Assembly: GCA_016933365.1 (NCBI GenBank)
Contig: JAFGBB010000012.1
Location: 1 to 39,280 of the forward strand
Reading direction: 5' to 3'
From: Candidatus Wolfebacteria bacterium
Lineage (GTDB): Bacteria > Patescibacteriota > Minisyncoccia > UBA6257 > UBA9933
Length of the DNA: 39,280 bases
Position numbers and translations under genes: made by a program. Position 1 is the first letter of the stretch; each line of letters starts with the position of its first letter. Shown piece by piece: positions 1-8,296 of the stretch. The notes below the pieces were generated by a model that saw only the letters and a program-made list of their open reading frames with translations, made no database searches and was not told the origin of the DNA.

Positions 1-1
1 A

Positions 2-124
2 ATCGGATATAAAAAGAATGACGCGATTATTCTTAATGCTGATGAGCTTTATTTAAAGTGGAATAAAGAAAAAAAACTTAAAGAAGCTTGGGATGTTAGA
101 TTTGGTCTTACAGGAGAAAAATAA
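2..124 (+). CDS. 3' end of an upstream CDS (last 40 codons only); product unknown
   Basis: Frame 2 is open from the window edge (IGYKKNDAIILNADELYLKWNKEKKLKEAWDVRFGLTGEK) and ends at TAA 122-124. A hairpin terminator follows. Confidence 0.4.
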   Translation: MGYKKNDAIILNADELYLKWNKEKKLKEAWDVRFGLTGEK

Positions 125-160
125 ACGAATTTTAAATTTTTTCGGCAAAGTTTTAAATTT

Positions 161-200
161 AAGAATTAAATTGTTGTTAAATTAATTTAATTCTTTTTTT
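161..200 (+). terminator. Rho-independent terminator
   Basis: 12-bp stem aagaattaaatt (161-172) / aatttaattctt (184-195) running into a T-run (194-200). Confidence 0.55.
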
Positions 201-206
201 TATCCA

Positions 207-235
207 TTGCTTTACTTTTTTAAAAATAGTAAAAT
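207..235 (+). promoter_or_regulatory. Candidate sigma70-type promoter placed for a leaderless transcript
   Basis: TTGCTT (207-212), 17-nt spacer, TAAAAT (230-235). The ATG at 242 lies 6 nt downstream of the -10 box. No Shine-Dalgarno motif. Confidence 0.4.
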
Positions 236-241
236 TAATAC

Positions 242-661
242 ATGGAACAAGATTCAAATATTATTAATCAATCTAATGTTTCCGAATTGCCAAAATCAGA
301 AGTGAGTGTTAGAACAATGAAATTGGATATTAAGAATTTAGAACAAGGAGGAGGTGAAATTGGCGCGCCTGAATATTTGACTTCAGAACAAGTAGGAGTA
401 AAAAAAGAAGAAAAAGAAAATAAGTTTAAAATTTCCGGATATATGGGTCCGGAAAAAGCGATTTTTTCTTCTTCTGGTCTTTCTCTTAAAAAAGAAGATA
501 TTCTCCCTAAAAAAGATGAAGTTTCTGAGGAAAAAAAATCTTTAAAATGGAAGATTTTAGGAATTATTATTATTGCTTTAGCAGTTATAGTCGGTTTTGG
601 ATTTTTGGGATATTTCGTAATTTCTAAGCTTTTTTTTCCAAATGAAATGCCTTCTGTATAA
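242..661 (+). CDS. Hypothetical tail-anchored membrane protein
   Basis: 139-aa ORF with a Lys/Glu-rich hydrophilic N-terminal part and a single C-terminal TM helix (ILGIIIIALAVIVGFGFLGYFVI). Confidence 0.7.
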   Translation: MEQDSNIINQSNVSELPKSEVSVRTMKLDIKNLEQGGGEIGAPEYLTSEQVGVKKEEKENKFKISGYMGPEKAIFSSSGLSLKKEDILPKKDEVSEEKKSLKWKILGIIIIALAVIVGFGFLGYFVISKLFFPNEMPSV

Positions 662-693
662 AAAAATCAAATTTAAAATTTAAATTTATTATT

Positions 694-1026
694 ATGGATA
701 TAAAAATTTTATTACAATTTAAAAATCAGTTAATAAAAACAGGAAATATTTTAAAAGAAAAAATAAAAGAACTTTCTAAGGTTCCGGAATTTGGCGAAGA
801 CGTCAGCGCTGATGACGAAGAAAGCAATGAGACTGAAGAATTTGGCAATCAACTTTCTGTTGCTCAAAATTACAAAGAACAATTAGCAGAAATTGATAAT
901 GCTCTAAAAAAAATAGAAAGCAAAGAATATGGAATTTGTGAAAAGTGCGGAGAAGAAATTTCTTTAGATGTTTTAGAGGTTGCTCCGGAATCGCGTTTAT
1001 GTAAAAAATGCAAGAAATTGTCTTAA
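694..1026 (+). CDS. DksA/TraR-family C4-type zinc-finger protein
   Basis: 110 aa with an acidic coiled-coil region followed by CxxC-17 residues-CxxC (CEKCGEEISLDVLEVAPESRLCKKCKK), typical of the DksA/TraR/YteA family. Confidence 0.8.
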   Translation: MDIKILLQFKNQLIKTGNILKEKIKELSKVPEFGEDVSADDEESNETEEFGNQLSVAQNYKEQLAEIDNALKKIESKEYGICEKCGEEISLDVLEVAPESRLCKKCKKLS

Positions 1027-1116
1027 GCTGCGAATTCATTTTAATTCGGAAAAATCCGAATAAAAATTATTTGTAGATATTTACGAGTTTTTATAATTCG
1101 CAGTTTTCGGGTTTAA

Positions 1117-2655
1117 GTGAAAAATTTTTCTAAAGTTTATTCAGCTGAATTAGAAGGCATTAATGCTCGGCTTATAGAAGTGGAAACCGATATAAATGTC
1201 GGACTTCATTCTTTTAATATAGTCGGTTTGGCTGATAAGGCGTTAAATGAAGCTAAAGAACGCGTAAGTTCGGCTTTAAAAAATAGCGATATTAAACCTC
1301 CGACCAGAGAAAATAGAAAAATCACGGTAAATTTAGCTCCGGCTGATATTAAAAAAACCGGAGCTCAATACGATTTAGCTATTGCTATTGGTTATCTTTT
1401 AGCGACAAAACAAATTAAAGATTTTGAAACGCGGGATAAAGTTTTTATAGGGGAACTTTCGCTTGAAGGATTGTTGCGTCCGATAAACGGCGCTTTAAAT
1501 ATTGCTCAAATGGCAAAGAAAAAGAATTTTAAATTTTTATTTTTGCCTAAGCAAAACGCTTTGGAAGCCGCTGTTATTGACGGAATTAAAATAATTCCAA
1601 TTTCTTGCCTTGAAGAATTAATAAATTCTTTGGAAGAAAGAATAGTAATTAAACCTCAACCTGTTACTGAATTTTTATCGGGTAAAAACAAATTTTTAAC
1701 GGATATTTCAGAAATTAAAGGGCAAGAAAACGCAAAAAGAGCTTTAACTGTGGCGGCGGCCGGCGGTCATCATCTTTTAATGAGTGGACCGCCCGGAGCC
1801 GGAAAAACAATGATGGCTCAAGCGATAGTTTCAATACTTCCTCCTCCTTCTTTGGAAGAAGCGATTGAGGTTACTCAAATTTATAGCGCTGCCGGTTTAT
1901 TAAAAGAAAATAGATTTTTAAATTTTCGTCCTTTTCGCTGTCCTCATCATAGCGCTTCTTCTATTTCTGTTGTTGGGGGAGGCACGGACCCAAAACCCGG
2001 AGAAATAAGTTTATCTCATAGAGGAGTTTTATTTCTTGATGAAGCGCCGGAATTTAGAAGAGATTTATTGGAGTCTTTGCGTCAACCATTAGAAAATGGA
2101 AGAATTTGTATTTCTCGCGTTAAAAATACATTAATTTTTCCGGCTAAATTTTCTTTGGTTATGGCAATGAATCCTTGTCCTTGCGGTTATTTTGGCGATA
2201 GTGAAAAAGAATGTCGGTGTAGCGCCAATGAAATTTTTCGTTATCAGAAAAAACTTTCCGGTCCCTTGCTTGATAGAATTGATATTCAGATTGAAGTTCC
2301 TCGCGTTAAGATTGAAGATTTAAGAAATAAAAATCGCGACGAAAATTTAACTCAAAAAATTAGAGAAAAAGTTGAAAAAGCTAGAAAAATTCAAAAAGAA
2401 CGGTTTTCTAAAATTAAGCCCAAAATTTATCTCAATTCAGAGTTAAGTTCAAAACAAGCGGATGAATTTCTTGATTATGACAAAGAGGCGGGTATTTTTT
2501 TAAAAAATATTATTGAAAAAGCTTTTATTTCAGCTCGGGGGTATTACCGAATTTTAAAAATTGCCAGAACAATTGCCGATTTGGAAGAATCGGAAAAAAT
2601 TTCCAGTTCTCATTTAGCCGAGGCTTTTCAATATCGGATTAGAGAAAGGGAATAA
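1117..2655 (+). CDS. comM: YifB/ComM-family Mg-chelatase-like AAA+ ATPase
   Basis: 512 aa with a GTG start. N-terminal Lon-protease-like domain (ARLIEVETDI...FNIVGLADKALNEAKERV), Walker A GPPGAGKT, Walker B VLFLDE, and a C-terminal ChlI-type helical domain. Confidence 0.9.
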   Translation: MKNFSKVYSAELEGINARLIEVETDINVGLHSFNIVGLADKALNEAKERVSSALKNSDIKPPTRENRKITVNLAPADIKKTGAQYDLAIAIGYLLATKQIKDFETRDKVFIGELSLEGLLRPINGALNIAQMAKKKNFKFLFLPKQNALEAAVIDGIKIIPISCLEELINSLEERIVIKPQPVTEFLSGKNKFLTDISEIKGQENAKRALTVAAAGGHHLLMSGPPGAGKTMMAQAIVSILPPPSLEEAIEVTQIYSAAGLLKENRFLNFRPFRCPHHSASSISVVGGGTDPKPGEISLSHRGVLFLDEAPEFRRDLLESLRQPLENGRICISRVKNTLIFPAKFSLVMAMNPCPCGYFGDSEKECRCSANEIFRYQKKLSGPLLDRIDIQIEVPRVKIEDLRNKNRDENLTQKIREKVEKARKIQKERFSKIKPKIYLNSELSSKQADEFLDYDKEAGIFLKNIIEKAFISARGYYRILKIARTIADLEESEKISSSHLAEAFQYRIRERE

Positions 2656-2668
2656 ATTTTTTTAAATC

Positions 2669-2697
2669 TTTACTTTATAAGGAAAAATCTGTATAAT
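2669..2697 (+). promoter_or_regulatory. Candidate promoter of the envelope-machine cluster
   Basis: TTTACT (2669-2674), 17-nt spacer, consensus TATAAT (2692-2697) preceded by TG. The ATG at 2706 is 8 nt downstream. No SD. Confidence 0.45.
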
Positions 2698-2705
2698 TTA
2701 AGTTA

Positions 2706-3785
2706 ATGAAACAAATAAAAGCTACAATTGGTGTTTTTATTTTTGTTGTAGCGCTTTTAATATTTTTTTTAAATTTTAAAACTTTTTCTCCAAATAAAAA
2801 CTTAATTCCCGAGTCTTTAGATAATTCAAAAATTGATTTTAACGAAGAAATTAGTTTAAAACAAGAATTTGGAAGTCCTTTTCAATGGATAGAAGATAGT
2901 CAAAAAACATCTTTATCCGCAATTAATGAATTTTCTAAAATTAAAACCGAAAATTCGCCATTTCAAAAAATAATTGAAGAAATACCATCTTTAACCATAA
3001 GCGAATTGAATTTATTAAGTTTTAATAAAACAAAATTAGTTGAAGAAACAAAAGAACTTGAAAATTATTGGGCTCAAATTTTGGAAATTTGGAACAAGGG
3101 ATTTGGCGAAGAAAAATTTGAATTAATCAAAAAAAATGAACAAGGCAGAGTGTTATCTTTAGAGGAGCTTATTTTAGAGGCTGAAAATAAAGGAATTTCA
3201 GAGGAATTGAAAATTTCTTTTGCGGCTTGGCAAGAGCTTGGTAAAAAAACACTGAAAGACTTAGAAAATGTTTCTATAAATGACGAATTGTCTTCTGCTC
3301 ATCAAGCACTAATTTCTTGGTTTAAATATCATTCCGAGATTGCGGGAAAATTCAGTAAGGAAAATTTATCTTCTGAAGAAATAAAAACTTTATCTTCTCA
3401 ATATATTGAAAAGGCAAAAACCGAACCGCTTAAATTTCAACAAGCATTATCTTTACCGGAAAAATCTTTAACTTCGTTTTTTATTAAAATAGCGCAAGCT
3501 CAAGCAGAGAATGTTTTTTATCATTTTGGCGGATTGATTTCAAGTTATGCCGATTTTTGCACTAATGGTTTTGCTATTGTCGTTTCCGCGCCTAAGGGAG
3601 GATTGCTTTGGATTTATTATCCGGCTTATATTGCTAATCCTTATCTTTATAAAATATTGGCTCCGAGTTATTATGTTTTGGGTCGGGCGATGTGGGGTCC
3701 CGGAATTTGCAATAAAGGACCTTATAATTATGGAATAGGCGCTGCTCAGATTTTGTTTTTTGGTTCTTCGGGAACACCCCTTTAA
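2706..3785 (+). CDS. Membrane-anchored extracytoplasmic protein (cluster gene 1), paralog of the next gene
   Basis: 359 aa with an N-terminal TM helix (IGVFIFVVALLIFFL). Shares the PFQWIED motif with the next ORF. Aromatic/Gly-rich C-terminus (YYPAYIANPYLYKILAPSYYVLGRAMWGPG). Confidence 0.8.
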   Translation: MKQIKATIGVFIFVVALLIFFLNFKTFSPNKNLIPESLDNSKIDFNEEISLKQEFGSPFQWIEDSQKTSLSAINEFSKIKTENSPFQKIIEEIPSLTISELNLLSFNKTKLVEETKELENYWAQILEIWNKGFGEEKFELIKKNEQGRVLSLEELILEAENKGISEELKISFAAWQELGKKTLKDLENVSINDELSSAHQALISWFKYHSEIAGKFSKENLSSEEIKTLSSQYIEKAKTEPLKFQQALSLPEKSLTSFFIKIAQAQAENVFYHFGGLISSYADFCTNGFAIVVSAPKGGLLWIYYPAYIANPYLYKILAPSYYVLGRAMWGPGICNKGPYNYGIGAAQILFFGSSGTPL

Positions 3786-3828
3786 AAACTGTTTCAAAAA
3801 CTATTTTTATTTTATATAATTAATAATA

Positions 3829-4671
3829 ATGAAAAAAGAAAAAATAGCCGCTATGATTTTAATTATTTTTGCCGGAATCGCTGGCTCTTATTTTATTATT
3901 AAAAATTCAATGCCTCAAGTTAACGAATTTGGCAATAAATTAATTTCCGAAGAGAATAAATTATCAATAAAAAACCCTATTCAATGGGTAGAAGAAGGTA
4001 TTTCAAATATAATGAATTTTATGAACGAAACAGAACAAATTGCTCAAGCGGAAGAAAATTTAACCCAATCATTTAGTCAAATACTTTCTGAGCAAATTAA
4101 ACTTAAAAATCAAAACGGATTGACTCAAAAAGATGGCGAAGTAGCTATTTCAGCGCCAAACGAAGAAATGCTTTCTCAAGAGCTTTTAGAAGAATTAATG
4201 TCTAATAATTTATCCGATGAAAATACAGAACTTTATCATCCAATGATAAATGAAAATAAATTTAAAATTTCTCAAAACGTTTCAGCGGAGAATCAAGTTC
4301 AATATTTAAAAAACCTTGAAAATATTAGTCAAAAAAAACTTGAGGGATTTAATAAAACAGACGTGGAAATTTTAAATACCATAGCGGAAACCGGAAATTC
4401 TTCCTCGGCCCGAGAATTGGCAAATCTTTATGAAGAGATGGCAAATGATTATTATACCGTAACTATTCCGGTAAATTGGGTTGATTTTCATAAGGCGCTT
4501 CTTTCTCATTTTTATTCCGCGAGTTTTGCTTGGAGAGCAATTGCTAATTTTGAAGAAGACCCTTTAAAAGCTTATTTGGCAACTCAAGCTCTTTCCGCTT
4601 TAGAAGAATCATCTTTTGGAATTCAAGTTTTAATGTCAAATGGAATATTGGAAAATAATTTAAATTTTTAA
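3829..4671 (+). CDS. Membrane-anchored extracytoplasmic protein (cluster gene 2), paralog of the previous gene
   Basis: 280 aa with an N-terminal TM helix (IAAMILIIFAGIAGSYFII). Motif PIQWVEEG is equivalent to PFQWIED in the upstream ORF, and the two share a H.ALLSHF / H.ALISWF segment. Confidence 0.8.
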   Translation: MKKEKIAAMILIIFAGIAGSYFIIKNSMPQVNEFGNKLISEENKLSIKNPIQWVEEGISNIMNFMNETEQIAQAEENLTQSFSQILSEQIKLKNQNGLTQKDGEVAISAPNEEMLSQELLEELMSNNLSDENTELYHPMINENKFKISQNVSAENQVQYLKNLENISQKKLEGFNKTDVEILNTIAETGNSSSARELANLYEEMANDYYTVTIPVNWVDFHKALLSHFYSASFAWRAIANFEEDPLKAYLATQALSALEESSFGIQVLMSNGILENNLNF

Positions 4672-4677
4672 TAAATT

Positions 4678-6267
4678 ATGTTTAAAAAATTAGTTTTAAT
4701 AATTATTATTCAGTCATTAGTTTTATCTCCTTTATTATTTATGCCTGAAAAAGCCGAAGCTCAAGAAAATTTAGGTGAAATAATTGCTAATTGGATGTCT
4801 AATTTAGGTATATTTACAGGCGTTACTCAAAGCGCCGCCAGCGCCGCGGATGCTCAACGTTCAATAACGGTTCCGATATTTGATGTGGTTGGATATTCTC
4901 AGCTTAGAGCGGTGGAAACAGCTAAGGCAGGAAAAGAAACAAAAGACAATATAGTTCAAGAATTATTCAGTATATTTTTAGAATCTTTACGAAGAAAAAT
5001 TTTAGATACAGTGGTTAATGATATTATTAAATGGGTAAATGGCGGCGAAAATGGTAAACCTCAATTTATTAGTAATTGGGGAGAATTTTTAAAAGACGCG
5101 GCTAATGAAGCAATTAGCGAAGTAGTTCTTCAAACAGACGCGGCTTTTCTTTGTTCGCCTTTTAAGGCTCAAATTCAATTTTCCCTTTTACCCGTGCCTG
5201 AATTTTCCCAATTTTCTAATAGATTGGGATGCACTTTAGACGATGTAGTTGATAATATTGAAAATTTTTATGAAGATTTTGAAAACGGCGGTTGGATTGC
5301 TTATAACGAATCTTGGCAACCCCAAAATAATTATTATGGTCAGTTATTGATGATTAATGATGAAATGAATTATCAGGTGGTAAAAAGACAGCAAGCGGTT
5401 CAGAATGAAGCTTTAGCTGGCGGAGGATTTTTATCGGTTAAAAGATGTAAAGGTGGCGGATATAGCTTTTCTCAATTAGATGCTATGGAATATTTTTCTC
5501 CGGGCTCCTCCGGAAGTTATGTAAAGGATTCAAATGGAAATTATTGTCTTCCGGAAGATATGGAAGACATTACTCCGGGAACGGTTGTGGGCGAGATGGC
5601 TTCTAAAGCAATAGGTGCTGATATTGATTATATTTTAAGCGCTAAAGAGCTTGAACAATATGTTGCCGCTATTACTAACGCGCTTATTAATCGCGTGGTT
5701 AAAGAGGGTGTTCAATGGGTTCAAGAAATTTCCCAAGAAGAAAAAGAAGAACAAGAAAAAGACATTAGCGTTTATACTAAACCTTACGAAGACGGTTTAA
5801 CTGAAATTCAAACGCAAGAAAAAGAAAGAATTATTGATGAATATGAAAAGGTGCTTAATGATCGCAACGCGGTTTTAGAATATAAAGAAGATTCGTTTTC
5901 TGTTTCAGAACAAATTTTAGCTATTTTTGAAGGACTTAAAAATAGCAGATGCGCTTTTTCCGCTATTCAAGAAAATATTGATAGCGCTAAAACCGAAATT
6001 GATAGATTAGAAACAGAAATAGAAAATATTAAAATTTTAATTGATGAGATTGAATCTTTAAAAAATGAAGCTGAAGAAACTTCTTCTGACTATCGCTTAC
6101 AAGAAATGGATACTTTAAATAATAATTATATTAAATTTCTCAATAAATATGATGATTTTATAATTCAGATTTATTCCAAGGAAGACCAAGAAGCCGCAGA
6201 AGAAGAAGCTCAAAATAAAAAAGAAGAGTTATTAAATATTCAAGAATTATTTAGCGCTTGTATTTAA
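4678..6267 (+). CDS. Secreted protein with C-terminal coiled coil (cluster gene 3)
   Basis: 529 aa with a signal-peptide-like N-terminus ending AEAQ, a central globular region with several Cys, and a Glu/Lys-rich heptad-like C-terminal third. No family recognised. Confidence 0.8.
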   Translation: MFKKLVLIIIIQSLVLSPLLFMPEKAEAQENLGEIIANWMSNLGIFTGVTQSAASAADAQRSITVPIFDVVGYSQLRAVETAKAGKETKDNIVQELFSIFLESLRRKILDTVVNDIIKWVNGGENGKPQFISNWGEFLKDAANEAISEVVLQTDAAFLCSPFKAQIQFSLLPVPEFSQFSNRLGCTLDDVVDNIENFYEDFENGGWIAYNESWQPQNNYYGQLLMINDEMNYQVVKRQQAVQNEALAGGGFLSVKRCKGGGYSFSQLDAMEYFSPGSSGSYVKDSNGNYCLPEDMEDITPGTVVGEMASKAIGADIDYILSAKELEQYVAAITNALINRVVKEGVQWVQEISQEEKEEQEKDISVYTKPYEDGLTEIQTQEKERIIDEYEKVLNDRNAVLEYKEDSFSVSEQILAIFEGLKNSRCAFSAIQENIDSAKTEIDRLETEIENIKILIDEIESLKNEAEETSSDYRLQEMDTLNNNYIKFLNKYDDFIIQIYSKEDQEAAEEEAQNKKEELLNIQELFSACI

Positions 6268-6272
6268 AATAA

Positions 6273-8279
6273 ATGAATTTTTTAAAATTTAGAAAATTTA
6301 AAAAATGGAAAGCTATTTTATTTATTTTGGTGGCGGTTGTTTTTTTCGGAATTGAAAGTTTAAAAATTACTTACGCTCAAAATGGTTTTATTGAAAGCAT
6401 TGCGACTAAAGCGATTGGTTGGGTGGCTGGGGCTATGGGTTATATTGCCGGTTATATTGCCGGAGCTGTTTTTTATATTGGGGGACTTCTTATTAATTTC
6501 GCTTTAGATTTTAATAACGCGATTTTAGGAGACGGCTCTATTGTTCATGTTGGTTGGCCTATTGTTCTTAGTTTTGCCAATTTGGGATTTGTTTTGGCGA
6601 TTATTATTATTGCTTTTGCCACTATTTTTCGCGTACAAAGTTACGCGATGAAACAAATTTTATGGAAATTGGTTGTGGCGGCGCTTTTGGTGAATTTTAG
6701 CTTGGTAATTGCCGGCGCTTTTATAAATATTGCCGATATGGCTACGGAAATTTTTATCAGCAAATCAATGCCTGAAGGAAAAACCGATTTTTCCGAAACT
6801 TTAGGAGGGTTGTTTAAGGCTCAACAATATTTAAAAGCCGATGAAATAGCGGTTGCCAATAATACGCTTGAAGGATTAAAAGAATTTGGCGGCGCGCTTT
6901 TAGGTTTTATAGCTCAAAATTTTTTTACTGCCGCGTTTACTTTTTTAGGGGCTTTAACTCTTTTAGCAATAGCGATAATGTTAATTATTCGTTATATTAC
7001 TTTGGCAATTCTTTTAATTTTGTCGCCTTTGGCTTGGCTTTTATGGATATTTCCATCCACTCAAAACTTATGGCAAAAATGGTGGAGTAATTTTTTCCGT
7101 TGGACTTTTTTTGCTCCGGCGGTTTCATTTTTTCTTTATTTGACTGTTATATCAATAAAAAATTATTCAGAATACGTTGATGTATTAATATTTAAAGGAG
7201 GAGTTGACGCCGGTAGTCAAATGTCGCCTGTTTTAAACGCGAGCATAATTGGAAATTTGGTATTGGTAATAGGTTTATTAATAGGAGGATTAATTACGGC
7301 TAATTCTTTAGGTATAGCTTTTGCCAATACAAGTTATGGTTGGGCTAAAGGCGTTGGTAAAACTTTTAGCGGTTGGGTTGGAAGAAAAGGAGTTGCGTTT
7401 GGCACCAGACCTCTTCGCGGTGAATGGGGTAGAAATATTACTGAAGGAATGCAAAAAACCGGTTTAGAAACAGGTCGTGTTGGACGATTTATGACTTCGC
7501 CAATAAGGCAATTAGGAACAGTTATTAGTGGCGCGGGAGTAAGACAAGGAGAAAGCTTGGTTAAAGATGCTGAAGGAAGATTAAATAAACGCTTTGTTAC
7601 GGATAAAAGTTTGGCAGACTCTTTTTCAACATTAAGCAGGGAAGAACAAGTCGCCGCCGTTAAAAGGCTTACTAAAAATAAGACAACAAATTTAATGGAT
7701 GAACGAGATTTAAATTATTTTATTGGGAAAAAAGACACAAAAAAAATATTTGAAAGATTTGGAGCTGGAAATGTTTATGATGATTTTGAAAAATCAGCGG
7801 GTCGCAATACTAAAATGGTAAATAGTAAATCGTCTCAAGAAAAAGAATCGGCGGCAAAAGAATTTTTTAGAGGATTTAGTCAAAAAGATTTTAGCGCGAT
7901 TAGAAAGAATTCTTTATTATCAGATGAAGATAAAGAAATTAGAATAAAAGCAATACTTGAAACTCAGCCCGGAGGTATAAGAAAAGTAATGCCTAATTTT
8001 TCAGGCAAAGATTTTGATAAATTCTTAAATACGATGAAAGAAGCATTACCGGAAGAATTAAAAATTTCAATTACTACCGGTCTTGTGGATAATAATAATA
8101 AACCAATTATGAAAGAAAAAACAGTTTCCCGAAGAGATGCGACCAAAGACGATATTTTGTCATATTTTAAAGAAAGCAACGCGGAAGTTTATAAGGTTTT
8201 ATCTAAAAGCTTTAATGATCGCTTAATGGGTTTTGAGGAATTTAGTTCTTCAGATTTCAGTTCTTCAAAAGAATCGTAA
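6273..8279 (+). CDS. VirB6/TrbL-like polytopic membrane protein with long hydrophilic C-terminal tail
   Basis: 668 aa with at least 6-7 hydrophobic segments in residues about 15-350, then about 300 hydrophilic residues. The VirB6/TrbL assignment rests on topology and position next to VirB3/VirB4-like genes, not on a verified alignment. Confidence 0.6.
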   Translation: MNFLKFRKFKKWKAILFILVAVVFFGIESLKITYAQNGFIESIATKAIGWVAGAMGYIAGYIAGAVFYIGGLLINFALDFNNAILGDGSIVHVGWPIVLSFANLGFVLAIIIIAFATIFRVQSYAMKQILWKLVVAALLVNFSLVIAGAFINIADMATEIFISKSMPEGKTDFSETLGGLFKAQQYLKADEIAVANNTLEGLKEFGGALLGFIAQNFFTAAFTFLGALTLLAIAIMLIIRYITLAILLILSPLAWLLWIFPSTQNLWQKWWSNFFRWTFFAPAVSFFLYLTVISIKNYSEYVDVLIFKGGVDAGSQMSPVLNASIIGNLVLVIGLLIGGLITANSLGIAFANTSYGWAKGVGKTFSGWVGRKGVAFGTRPLRGEWGRNITEGMQKTGLETGRVGRFMTSPIRQLGTVISGAGVRQGESLVKDAEGRLNKRFVTDKSLADSFSTLSREEQVAAVKRLTKNKTTNLMDERDLNYFIGKKDTKKIFERFGAGNVYDDFEKSAGRNTKMVNSKSSQEKESAAKEFFRGFSQKDFSAIRKNSLLSDEDKEIRIKAILETQPGGIRKVMPNFSGKDFDKFLNTMKEALPEELKISITTGLVDNNNKPIMKEKTVSRRDATKDDILSYFKESNAEVYKVLSKSFNDRLMGFEEFSSSDFSSSKES

Positions 8280-8296
8280 TTTAAAATTTTAAAAAT

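Noticed and set aside
803-1039. Minus-strand shadow ORFs inside well-supported genes (803-1039, 3540-3797, 7964-8179, 8989-9333, 9505-9699, 12146-12349, 14577-15050, 14770-14994, 17657-17938, 27226-27528, 28159-28461, 32185-32403, 34477-34662). Also same-region plus-strand ORFs opposite or inside the giant gene, valS and the PG-binding gene (3547-3738, 22428-25266 set, 30476-30676, 32856-33059, 34484-34675).
   Set aside because: Each overlaps a longer ORF with recognisable motifs or coherent membrane/secretion features. Their peptides are low-complexity, Phe/Leu/Ser/Ile-rich artefacts of AT-rich antisense sequence.
1027-1107. Nested inverted repeats between the DksA-like gene and comM (ctgcgaatt/aattcgcag enclosing attcgga-aaaa-tccgaat)
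   Set aside because: It could be a terminator or regulatory stem, but there is no T-run after either stem on the plus strand and no conserved motif that I recognise. It is noted only as a possible structure.
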